A DNA stretch of 64,000 bases, from contig NC_058368.1 in NCBI RefSeq assembly GCF_018350175.1, positions 78,370,001 through 78,434,000 of the forward strand, in the 5' to 3' direction. Of the stretch, positions 46,871 through 59,070 are shown piece after piece. The stretch comes from Felis catus. Its lineage: Eukaryota. Made by a program: the position numbers and the translations under genes. The notes under the pieces were generated by a model. That model was not told the DNA's origin and searched no databases. It saw only the letters and a list, made by a program, of their open reading frames with translations. Numbering within the stretch: position 1 is the stretch's first letter; each line of letters opens with the position of its first letter.

Positions 46871-49800
46871 ACTCTCTTATCTAATTTAGTGTGTGCAACA
46901 ATTCAGTGATACGGGGGTTATTATAACTAACGGAGGACATGGAGAAGGACTAACTAACTATTATAGACTATTATAACTAACGGAGGACATCCCGGAGAAG
47001 TTATGTGTCTCATCCAAGCTCTCAAACACTCTGAACTGTGAACCCTGACAGGGCAGTCTGTTGGGCGGGCAGCTTCTTTGCTCCCATAGTCCGTGCTCAT
47101 TAGCTGGGCACCACGGGCTGTTTGTGCTTGACTGAGGTCAGTGATGATGAGACCCTGATACTCCATTTTCCATTCACGTTACTCTAGATGCTAATGCCTG
47201 TTTAGAAATTCAATAGGGGTGCTTGAAAATAGACCTTTAAGTACCATAAAATCAAATCCAGCCTCAAAAGAGTTACAATCAGACCAACAGTGGGGATTTT
47301 TCAATGTCAGGGAACAAAATGGTTTCTGGAAGGGTCGCATAAAATTCCAATGAAACTTAACCAAGGGGATTTTAGTTGTTTTCTTGGAGGAAATAGTAGT
47401 GGATATGCAGGAGTAGAAGCATGGGGTCAACCAGCATTGTTTTTCAGACACTTTGGCCTGGAAATTTCTAGGGAGAGAGCTGGAAAACTCAATCAAACAC
47501 AGAAGGAAAGGTGAATGAACAGTGTTGTGAATGCATTGTCAACTCTACCAATTTTTCTAAAAACGAAATTGAAAAAAGGGGGGGTGTTGGAAAGTAAAAT
47601 GGGGGGATAGGGCAGCGTGGCGTTACGCTCAACTATCTGAAGTGCTTTCTTGAAGAAACAGCAGTAGTTTCTTTGTTCAGCCTCACTCCAAAGAGCACAA
47701 CGGGGCTCAATCTGAGGCAAATTTTTCTTTCCACACAAGGAAACCTCTTTCTGGCAATGCAGCTGCCCCCTCACCAGCCGTCAGAGTCTGGGTTGGTGAG
47801 CGTGGTCCACACTCACTGTGGCACAGAGCTGACCGTCTAACCTGTGGGCTTCAGTGCCGGCCACGAGGAGAGGGGAGGGGAGGAGGAGGCCCGGCCTCCG
47901 CCAGGCGCCCAGGACCGAGCGGAACATCTGAGAAAAGCAGACATTTGTGAGCGTGGAGTCTGAAGTCACTTGGCAGCGGGTCAAGTTACAGGTGGGAGTT
48001 GGGAAGAGCAGAGGGCAGGCGTATTATTTCAAGCCGTCCTGATGACCAAAGAGAATCGTTTCCAAGCCGTCTGCAGATGAAAGGGAACGAGGACAGTCGC
48101 TGGAGGGAGGATCCCAGGCTCACAACAGGCCCTGGTCCTGGATCCGGAGGGGAGTCCGTGTGAAGACAGAGAAGAGGGAAGTGAAGCATGATGCTGGAGA
48201 GGGTGGCGTCCAGCATCCCAGCAAAGAGATGGCTTCAGAGGTCACTTTACTTGAGGCAGCAAGGACTAATCTGACCACGGAGCATGCAGGAGGCAGGGAC
48301 AGAGAAGGAGCCAGGCTGGACAGAGAGCTCGCTCTGCTGGCTGGTGGGAGCTGAGTATCCTGATGGCACCGAGACAGAGGCTGCAGGGCTGGGGCGGAGG
48401 CTCTCACCTTCCTGGGCCCCTCTGCAGGGAGTCTGGGCTCAGGTGGCTGTGTCGCCCTCTGGGGAGAAGCGGCCTGTGCCCCCCAGTGCCCTTGGCTGCC
48501 TGCGAGATCTCCACCCTCCTCCTCTGGGCCCAGCCCCTGGCCCGGTCGACACCCCCGCTGTCCATCAGCGAGCCACTCAGCACCCCCAGCCTCATCACCT
48601 TCCCTTTGAAAGGTGACAAAACAGTTCCTATAAATAGGATTCTTGCAAGTCTCGATGTGCAACACTCCATTCGAGTTGCGATGATCGTGCCCCCACGTTG
48701 TCTCCGGAACCGGGCTGGCGCGGGATGGAACGCATCGATGGCCCTGTCTCTCTTCATTTCTAATTAGCTTTTCAGTTTAATAATGAATTAAGTTTAATAG
48801 ACCCCAAGCCTTGAGGCAGCCTCATTGAATTTCACTTACTTTAGCTTGAACTGGATGAGCCACGCATCACCAGGAGTCAACAGATTCATCTATGTTGTGA
48901 ACTGTATTAATGGTAGGCTGTAACGTATAAGAATTTTAATGGTTATGTTGTCAATATCTAGAAATATTATCACTTTAATGATTGTCTTATCCATATCTGT
49001 CTCGGAGTTCCAAACGATTGGTTTTCTTTTAAATTAACGCACTAGACCAAAACAATGAGATGACACGGAGCATATTTGATGTCAAATCAAACACGTTTTA
49101 CTCCTGAACTAAAAAAAACCTTCTGTAAATCTTCACCCCCACACTTGTCTTTGAAATTCCAAGCTATGAATTAATAATCATGGAACAGTCTGTGTATGTC
49201 TCTAAAATGGCAGCTGGGATGGAATCACTTCCATTTTGCTGTGTTTAATTCAGAATCGAATACTAGTATCTCTGTGTGGCCAGGAACTCACTTTCTTTGC
49301 TGTGAAGATTTTGCATCTCTCCCCATGTGGGTGTTTTGCTTAGAAAAGTTGCCGGTTTATGTTTTTCTTGATTGAGGACATTAATTATTAAAGGAAGGAA
49401 GTCCTTGTAAACTCTAACTTTGGAAAACCTGGGAAGCCACTTTCTCTTCCTGTATCAATTTCTTTCTATAGATGAGGTCAGTTTTTAAACAGGTAAGGTA
49501 CTTTCACGTTGCATCATCTAAGGTCTTATTGGGAGGAATAAATTTTTTTTTTTTTTTTTTTTTTACATTTCAAGTAAATAAAGGGAATTAAGATACAGGC
49601 AAAGAGTGTGTTAAGTGAGGTGTTGTTTCCTGTATCCACAATTCTCACGGGGTCAAGGAAGCACTTGTCAGGAAGCTAGTAATAACAATGGCTCCAGATG
49701 AGTCACCATTCAGGTAACAAAGATCTTAGGCAAAGATTTGTTCTATGAGAGATTGTGACAACTACCTCTGTCATCTCTGTTCTTGGATTTAAATGTCCTA

Positions 49801-50199
49801 GAAACAGGCAAACTGGTAAAGTACTGTAATTATCTGCATGGTTGAATTAGGAAGCTTAGGGGGTAGGCCCTTGACTTATTCCCCCCTCTTCACTGCACAT
49901 ACACTCTTCTTCCGTAGGTTCTGGTAATGATGGTAAGTATGGTCAGAAGTAATCGGGGGACTTCTGCTACAGGACCTCCATGATGTCCCCACTAAAAGAC
50001 CAAGTCTCCACTAGACAAAACCCCCAGAAGAAAACAACTATAAAACCTGGATGTGCACAAAGCCGTTACCTGGAGGCTGTGGTGGGTGAGGAGAAGCATG
50101 GGGGTGGGGGGTGTGCATTTGCCGGGGGGACGGGAGATGGGAGTTCTACCAGGAACTTTCTCCAGGGGTTGTGGGGCACATGTAGAAAAATCCAGTCTT

Positions 50200-50408
50200 G
50201 CGGCACCTGGGTAGCTCAGTCATTTGAGTGTCGGACTTCAACTCGCGTCATGATCTCGTGGTTCGTGGGTTCGAGCCCCACGTCGGGCTCTGTGCTAACA
50301 GCTTGGAGCCTGGAGCCTGCTTCAGATTCTGTGGCTCCTTCTTCTGCCCCTCCCCCGCTCATTCTCTCTGTCTCTGTCCCTCAAAAATAAATAGACATTA
50401 AAAATTTT
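50200..50408 (+). mobile_element. Can-SINE
   Basis: TSD AAAATCCAGTC. Confidence 0.9.
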
Positions 50409-50879
50409 TGGAAAATCCAGTCATATTCTCTAGGAAGTCAGAAAAGATCTTGTAAAACGTAGCTGTTGAAGGATGTTGAAAGGACAGGGTCTTTCAAGGC
50501 CCACCCACCCACCTCTCAGTCTGACCCTTGACACAGGCATGCAAAGAACAGACTCAAAGCACAGAACTGAAAACAGAATATCTGAAATGAGACCAGACCT
50601 CTGACCAAGAAATAGAGTTTGCAGTTCGAGCTCAGCCAACACCATTTTGGGCAACTCCTGAAATTCACCAGCCCACAGTTATGGATTGTAATTCATAAAA
50701 TTACATCAACAATAAAATACCCAAAATTATAAATGCTGTTTGCATGGAAGTATCTGCTGATACAAAATAAATAAGCATGGGGAGAAATGAAGGTCAGAAA
50801 AGCCTGATTTGACAATAAGTGAGAACTTTGCTTATTTTGTAGGCCCATCTGTTTTTAACTCATTTGATCTTTTTAAAAA

Positions 50880-51387
50880 AAATTTTTAATGTTTATTTTT
50901 GAGACAGAGACAGTGACAGACAGAGACAGAGACAGAGCATGCATGAGGGAGGGGCAGAGAGAGAGGGAGACACAGAATCCAAAGCAGGCTCCAGGCTCTG
51001 AGCTGTCAGCACAGAGCCCGAAGTGGGGCTGGAACCCACAAACCGCAAGATCATGACCTGAGTGGAAGTCAGATGCTTAACCGTCTGAGCCACACAGGCG
51101 CCCCCCCCCCCGCCCTTTTTTAAATAAGTGGCTCAAAAGATAAGTGCCCTACCAAATGATCTTGTAAGATTTAAAAAAAATTTTTTTTAATGTTTATTTA
51201 TTTTTGAGAGAGAGACAGAGCATGAGCGGGGAGGGGCAGAGAGAGAGGGAGACACAGAATCCAAAGCAGGCTCCAGGCTCTGAGCTGTCCGCACAGAACC
51301 TGACGCGGGGCTTGAACCCATGAGCTGCGAGATCACGACCTGAGCCCAAGTTGGACACTCTACCGACTGAGCCACCCAAGCACCCCT
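50880..51387 (-). mobile_element. Two neighbouring antisense Can-SINEs (about 50880-51103 and 51180-51387)
   Basis: Two SINE bodies. Confidence 0.9.
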
Positions 51388-52596
51388 TAAGATTATTATT
51401 CCAAGTTGTTGGTGGATTCAAAATTTGTGGAATCGCTTTTATTTCCCTTTACATAATTAAGTTTTCATTTATTTATTACTAACATGTGGGTTTTTCTTTT
51501 CCAGAAAACAGTGAAGCTTTACTTACCCTCTCAGATTTTGGGTTCATTGCATTCAGTGTCTCCTATTGGCACATCCTATTGTTTCTGTCATTGCTTCATG
51601 AATTAAGTTTTTCCTGAGACAGATATACACCTGTTAAAATGTGACACAAGTCAGTTTGGCGATTCATGCTCGCCATATCCTTTTCGAGCTCAGTAGCTTT
51701 CTAACAGTTGGAGGTAGCCCCCACTGCCACACCCCCAGCAAAATGTCTATCAGGAGACAATACCACAGAGAGAGAGACAGAGCGTGTTGACTTCGGCCAC
51801 ACAACCAGACAATCAGTTCTCTGTCTTTTTAGGTACTTCAATGAGTGGTTGGCATGAAAACTTTACTCAGTCACAAAATCCACCATGCTCGGACGGTAGA
51901 TATACCAAAGTTTTTGAAGCTGTTGGTCACAGGATCAACCAGAGGTTTAGACCTTTGGCGCCACTTGGAAGGTTAAGCTATTTACTCACCAGGTTGTTAT
52001 ACACGATGTCGTAAGAGCCGAGGTGCCTAACACTATTGTCAGCAACCATATAGCGTGAACATCACTCATTTCTCCAGTGAAATATGCTAATTAATAGCCC
52101 TCCAGGGCAGATTGGATGGTGTTACTCGTGGAGCTTCATGTCCTAGCCTCTGGAGTCCTGACCAGGGTCTTCAGTCACCCACCCTGAGGTTTGTTCTGTG
52201 CTTCCTCCATTGCCCCTCAATCCTCCAGTGCAAATTAAAGGCAACTTGCGGGCACACACACACACACACGCATCGCCACGTTTGTGCTGAAATATACAAA
52301 GAAATTACAGATCGTGTAACAGCATCAGCCAGTGAAGTTATCCATGATAGCTGTTATTTTAAAGCACTCCGCGATTTTGCAGAGTGCTGGCAGCTTAGTC
52401 CCAGAGCAGTTGCAATAGAGGAGGCAAGGCAGCTGTGGGAACCACAGAAGGAGGGGTGACATTGGAAGGCAGGTTCCCCGAGGGCGGAGACGACCACCCA
52501 GAGGAGACGACCACCCAGAACTGCCCAGCTGGCATGCAAGGACAGCGGGGCAGCACAGGCAGTGGGTCTGCTGTGAGATCTAACGGGAGCAGAAGC

Positions 52597-53181
52597 TGTA
52601 GGGAAAATTAAAAGTACACTCAGAGTTTAATCCTGCCTGTTAAAAATAAGGAGAGACACATCTCTCCTCTTTTTCCTTAGAGCATTTTTCTTTAGAAACC
52701 TTGCAGGTTCTTTCTCTGTCTCTTTGAATGCATGTCAATCTTTTTAAAAGCTAAACTTGCCAGTTTCCCAGCCCGGGAAAGTCTTTCTCCAAGGACCGGG
52801 AGCCTTCTCTATGAGACGTGACATCAAGAAAGATGGTCGCCCCATCTCCTGGCACAGAGGTAGTTTATTTCCCTCTGTATAAAGCCATTTAACTAACGCG
52901 GATGGTCACCTGATTAGCAGGTGGATGTAGGATGAACCATGTGGGACAAGAAGGGCTGTCGAGTCCTGTCACTTGAGGACTAGTTACTGTCTATCCTGAG
53001 AGCACGAATGTACGAGGTTGCACCTGTTCCGCTGCACAAGAGGGTGAGATTTCGTTCTCACCTTGCAGATCACCTGTTATGTGCACCACCTTCTGATTTA
53101 ACCCTGCTTCAGCAATACAGCAGTTTTCTTTCCGTACTGATGTCTGAGTTGGCAGAAGAGGTTAAGTTCTATTTCCCAAGG
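52597..53181 (+). mobile_element. Old ERV1 solo LTR (MER34-like)
   Basis: Begins TGTAGGGAAAA, ends ...tatttcccaa; internal motifs like MER34 from memory; family uncertain. Confidence 0.55.
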
Positions 53182-54392
53182 AAAGACTAAAGTTAGAGGG
53201 ATTCTTTGATCCCTTTGTTATTTTTACTGCAGCAGGAAGATGGCAAGACAAGCTCTCCAAACATTTTCTCTTTGTTTATAGAAATATGGTTTCTTTTCTG
53301 GGGGTAAGTGTATTGGCCTTCTCGCCCCTGAGTGACCATCATGACTTAGTTCCCCTTCCAGTACCTGCTGACATCTCCGATCAATCTAATTGTTCTCCCT
53401 GGCTGAGCCCTGTGGCTTTCGGCCCATCCTACCTGCCCATCGCTGATTTGATCAATATCGTTTGGCCAAGCATAAACTCAGCCCTGCGATAATTTAGTCA
53501 GAATAATAATGTTAGAGATAATAATCCACACACACAAACTCCTTGAATAGTGATACTTTGGCTGCATCATTGGAGCTTTGCATCTCATTCTGTCTTTGAA
53601 TATTTTCATCAAATTCTCAGATCTTTGTCAATACCTTCGATTTCTTTGTCCTAATTTTTCTAATTGATTTAGCTCTATTTTAAATAGATGGAGGGAGAAA
53701 AATAAAATCATCCCCCCTCCAGAGACCGCATCACAATATTAACGACCCAGAGATAGTCATTTTAAAGATGTCACAATTTTCAGTGTGTGGGTACCTGGGG
53801 TTTTCCACACTTCTGCTACTGCAAAGAGAGCAAAGCAGGAATAAAAGAATATAGATTTTTAAAAAGTAAATTACAAAAGAATACAGTAGAAATCCCCTCC
53901 CCCCATTTCTTAATAGCACCTAGATATTTTCAGAAGCACTGTACTTAAAAGACAAACACATCACTGGAAGACTATTCATTTTCAATTGGGCTTTTATGTC
54001 AAACATCGTACTTTTGGTCCTGCCACCATAATCCAAACTGCTTTGGCTAAATTGCTTTCCACCTAATCATACGCCATTTCTTAACACAGTGCTGTGTGCG
54101 GCTGCTACCAGGTAATTGAAGTGATCTTAAAAGATTCTTTTTCATTAGAGAGATGGTCTTTAGGGATAAATCAATCGTTTGCTTGGAGTTTGTAGGAAAA
54201 AATTCAGGATTGAGAAACAGTTTTGAAATTACAAGCCATTCCCAATATCCGTTATTGTCTAATAAAGTGTAAGCCTTTAACAAAATCACTTGCACAAAAG
54301 TGGATCACTTAGTACGGACACTAACAGTGAAAGGGTACAGACCAGAAATCTAACTTCCCGCATGAGAAAATTATATTGAAGATACCTGCTTC

Positions 54393-54600
54393 TGGGGTGC
54401 TTGGGTGGTTCAGTTGGTGAAGCATCCGACTCTTGATTTCAGCTCAGGTGATGGTCTCGTGGTTGAGGGGTTCGAGCCCCATGTCGGGCTCTGTGCTGAC
54501 AGGACTGAGCCTGCTTGGGATTCTCTCCTCTCTCTTTCTCTGTCTCTCTGCCTTTCCCCCGCTCATGCTGTCTCTCAAAATAAATACACTTTAAAAAAAA
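54393..54600 (+). mobile_element. Older Can-SINE
   Basis: Head, B-box, CT segment, tail. Confidence 0.88.
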
Positions 54601-55411
54601 GACACCTTCTTCTGGGAAGAGGGAAGGAGCACAATAAAAGGAAAACAGTGATTTCTTGAAGCTAATTGTGGGCTAGAATGACCTTTGAAAATTATCACAT
54701 CTAATTCAAGTATTTGAAGACATACTTTTCTTCATTAAGCACCAGTCTTAAGTTTCACTGGCTAATACTCTAATGGATTAAAAAAAATTAATCTACTTTT
54801 CCAGGTGGTTTGATTTCTGACAGGGAGCACTTGAAGGCATGAGAAAACTTGGCTTCAGTCCCAGCTGGGTCCTCACTTGTGAGGGCAAAAGGCTGCTCCT
54901 GTCTCTGGTGTTGACCCACTAGATGGGGCGCAATGACAGGGCCTACTTCTCCAACTCTTTGGTAGCTAATAACAGAACGCTCTTCTCAGGAACTGCAAAA
55001 ACTGTAAACTCAACTATCCATGCAGTTTGTGAATCGTATTTTTACAATGAGAACTCAGAGGTTTAATTGCCACTGAGCCGATCTCATGTCTTACTGGGGC
55101 CGTGTTTTTTGGAGAGGCCTCTGCGCTGTCCTTGGTGCCTCCATGCCTTCTGGTTCTTTCTGAGAAACTGCAACAAATGTGTACAATGCTGAGGTCACCA
55201 GTGCTGACAGAGCAGGGGACGACATGTGAGCGTGGGCAATTTGGGGACCCAAGAATAGGTGAGCACGTAATAATAATATCCTAATATTTTATCTAAAAGA
55301 ACAAAGAAGGGAGACCTGAGCCTTAAACTCTCCAAAGCTGTGATTAGCCGTAACATCTCGTCTTTGCTGTCAGGGACAGAAAAGGAAAACTCGGAATGGA
55401 AGGCGCTTACA

Positions 55412-55612
55412 GGGGCGCCTGGGTGGCGCAGTCGGTTAAGCGTCCGACTTCAGCCAGGTCATGATCTCGCGGTCCGGGAGTTCGAGCCCCGCGTCGGGCT
55501 CTGGGCTGATGGCTCGGAGCCTGGAGCCTGTTTCCGATTCTGTGTCTCCCTCTCTCTCTGCCCCTCCCCCGTTCATGCTCTGTCTCTCTCTGTCCCAAAA
55601 ATAAATAAACGT
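55412..55612 (+). mobile_element. Young felid Can-SINE lacking a poly(A) tail
   Basis: TSD TGGAAGGCGCTTACA (55397-55411, 55613-55627). Confidence 0.95.
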
Positions 55613-56642
55613 TGGAAGGCGCTTACATTGTACGAGAGCAGAAGTGGACATTTTGCTCACGGGCAAGAACTTCACATGCCCCACTGTCAGAAAGGAGCAA
55701 ACACCAGACCAGTACAAACTCTGCACCTTGGGAAAAACCCAAAGTAACAGGTCGCCCTGTGGAGTTCTGGTACCCAAAATGATCAATCCCTGACTATGTC
55801 GCATAAATCTGAACTTCTACACCTGATAAAGTATGAAGGACAATGGCTTTGGGCTTCAAGAGGTCAGGAATGGCAGGATGGAAAATGACCTACAGGAGGG
55901 TCCCCGGAGCCTGTAGTGCCCTCAGCAACTTCCTCCCCCGGTTCTTCAAGAGCACTCTCAGTGGTGACATCGAAGTTAAAATCCTGCAGGCAAGCTGGAA
56001 AATGTACTTTGTGGACTTCCAGCCCCCTGTAGGACAGGGAGAATATGGACTTGGGTGGGAATATCCCTGGGCTGGACACAGAAACTCCAGCATAGACCTT
56101 ATTATAACTATGACCCAACTCAACTTCCATATTATATCCACTCAAAAATTGAGTGATCCGTCCTTACCGTGAGTCCCTTGGGCAGTGTTTGTGGAGTGGA
56201 ACCATAGAGTCAATCTCCAAAGTATGCTGCAAATTCTCACACTCCAAGGGCTTTGGAGGCAGCCACATTGGGGACTGCACCCCAGGTCTCGTGTTGCCCA
56301 GCTGTACCACGGGGGACCTCCCCTTGGGCTTTGTAACGGGGCCAATCATGTGATACACCATCAATCGTCTTGAGGCTTAGCAGAAATCAAATATGTAAAA
56401 TGCCTTTCAGCTTGGCCATCACAGTGTTCAGTAAATGTTAGATTTTTTTTTTATTTACTTCATTTAATTCAAATTGACATTAGTTATTCACATCCAGGTG
56501 GGACTATTGAGACCCAATGGTCAGGGGGTCTTATGTTTTCTATCTTACATCAGTGAGCAGCACAGAGTCTAACACCTAGTCAGGGCTTGTGAAATATCGT
56601 CATTCTTCTCAAACAGCTTCAGTTTGAAAGGTTTTCAGGAGG

Positions 56643-56709
56643 TTTTTTTTTTTTTTAATGTTTATTTATTTTTGAGAGAGAGAGAGAAACACAGTGTGAG
56701 CAAGGGAGG

Positions 56710-56755
<46 letters not shown>

Positions 56756-56875
56756 CGCAGAGTCAGAGGCAGGTTCCAGGCAACCCAGAGCCTGATGGGT
56801 TCGAACCCATGAACTGTGAGACCATGACCTGAGTGGAAGTCGGATGCTCAACTGACCGAGCCCCCCAGGCGCCCC
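56643..56875 (-). mobile_element. Can-SINE
   Basis: Antisense SINE with (GA)n segment. Confidence 0.88.
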
Positions 56876-58249
56876 TAGGTTTTTAGGAGGTCTTAATTAA
56901 CTCAACCAACAATTCATCCATCGTTTTAAGGTTAAGCCTACAGACCTTCTAACATTCACATGAACACCTAAATTCCAGGAGTTTTATATCCCTATAGGCA
57001 AAGAGATTAACAGTACACACTGGGGAGACATTCTCAAAGGGCTCAAGTGTTGGGGTGGGGGTTGGAGGCAGGCATCACATAATGGAGGGTTTCCATCTGC
57101 CCAGGAAACCTAAGGATGTTGTTGGAGAGCACATCCCCTTGGGACATGTCAGGGAGTTTAACGTGCCCGTTGGGGGCGATGGGAGTTAAGTGACTGGCTT
57201 GTTTTTGAAGGGGAAGCGATGTTCTTAGTTGTAGGATGATGTTGGTGGCGCTGCAGTGGTTGGCTCCTCACGGTGAGAGGAAACAAGAGCATCGGGAAGT
57301 TCTGTACCCTGGCAGTCGCTCGGAGGAAGAGGCGGTGGAACAGGTGGGCAGAGCGGGTAACTTGTGGGGTAGCGCCATTCCGATGACGCGCACTGGCCGG
57401 GGCCGTGGTCCCCCCAAGGCTCAGAAAGAGATAACTAAGGGAGGCGTGTGGCCCGCACCGTGAGAAGGACCTTGGTGCAGTCCTGGCCTCCTCCCCAGCC
57501 TCGAATGGAAAAGGGCGTGAGTCTGTGGTTGGGGCCTCTTCGGCCCACGCAGACTACGTTGACCATGAACTCCCGCTGGCTTCCAAGAGCCCTGCGGGGT
57601 GAGAGGGCTCTGTGTCCACCTGAAGCCTTGGCCCAGTTTGTGTCGTCTGTGGCTTGCTCGCTGGTCGGGTAGTGTGATCAAGTGGAAACGACCTGCTTCT
57701 GCTCCCTGCCCGGCACCCCCGCTAGTCTCGTGGCGCATGCGTGTAATGACATCCATCGAGATAAGAACAGGCATTGCCAACACATCTCAGCAACTAGGAG
57801 ATCGTTTGTCAGTTGAAGTGTCCTTTACATTCGGTTACAGAGATGGCACTTTATTTTAAGGTTTTGCTATAAAAGAAGCCATTGATTACACGATTAAGTA
57901 GGAGAGGTCAGTAAAAATGGCCTTACATTCTGTTATTTCCCAAGTCACCGAAGTGCTCCCTCGTGGCCAATAATCATAAATCTGTTCTCCCCAACAGTAA
58001 CAAGATATTTGCTTAAGACATGCCCTCACATGAGGCCAGCTTTTTTAAGCAAGCGAACACTTGGATGCTGTGCTCTGGGGGACCCGCTTCAAAATATGTC
58101 TCATCTTTTATCTATCACGGACCAAAAAAAAAAAAAAAAAAAAAAATGCCCCGAATGCAAAACACCTGAGCGTACTTTGCTAGCAGGAATTCCTGAAAAA
58201 TACCTCGGTGGAAACAGGAAAACACTATGTGGGCCCTAAATCTGGTGGA

Positions 58250-59070
58250 CTTTTTGAGAATGGTTCTAGCTTTACAGGCAAAAATGGGAAGTTAGTACAG
58301 AATTCTCATTTGGTCTGTACCATGCGTCCCAATTAATGAACCAGTGCTGATACACGATTATGAACTATGACCCACGCTTTATTTATATTTTCTTGGTTTT
58401 TACATGATGTCCTTTTCTGGTTTCCTATTCCTATGTCCTATTTCTTACCTGATGGTCCCATCCAGGGTCCCACATCACACGTAGCTGCCCTGTTTCTTGC
58501 TTCTCTTGGCCGTGACCCCTTCTCACACCTCCCTTGTGTTTGAGGACCCTGATGGTTTTTAGGAGTGTTCCTCAGGCATTGTGCGGCATGCTTTTCTATT
58601 CAGATTTGCCTGATTTTTTTTTCATGATGAGACAGGGGTTATAGATTCTTGAGAGGAAGACCATAGGCACAAAGAACCATTGTCATCCCGTCTTGATGAG
58701 TATACATGTTGTCGGCATGATTTATGACTAGATGTTGGCCCCGATTGCCTGGCTGAGGTAGTGTGTCAGATTCCTCCACTTTCTACTTTGGAAGGAGATC
58801 ACCGTGTTCAGCCCACACCCGAATAGGAAGTTGCCTTCATTTGAGGGTAGAGTATGTGTTTAAATTATTTGAAATTCTTCTGCATGGCAGATTTGTTTCC
58901 TCTCCTGTATCTATTAATATATTCAATCATTTGTTTGTATCAGATGGACTCGTGGATGTTGTTTGATGCTTTGGGTTATAATCTAAGACCCCTTTTCTTG
59001 TTCTTCCTCTAACTGTTCCAGCTTTGGCGACTGGGGCTCTTTCAGTTGACCCCTTTGAAATGCCCCCATC
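58250..59070 (-). mobile_element. Old L1 (L1MC-like) 3' fragment
   Basis: Resembles the 44640-45110 and 45820 fragments; further L1-like debris to about 60380. Confidence 0.6.

Noticed and set aside
47780..48767. Cluster of overlapping ORFs on both strands
   Set aside because: GC-rich sequence with few stops; no recognisable protein
52486..52519. 17-bp tandem duplication GGAGACGACCACCCAGA x2
   Set aside because: Real but an ordinary slippage duplication with no sign of function
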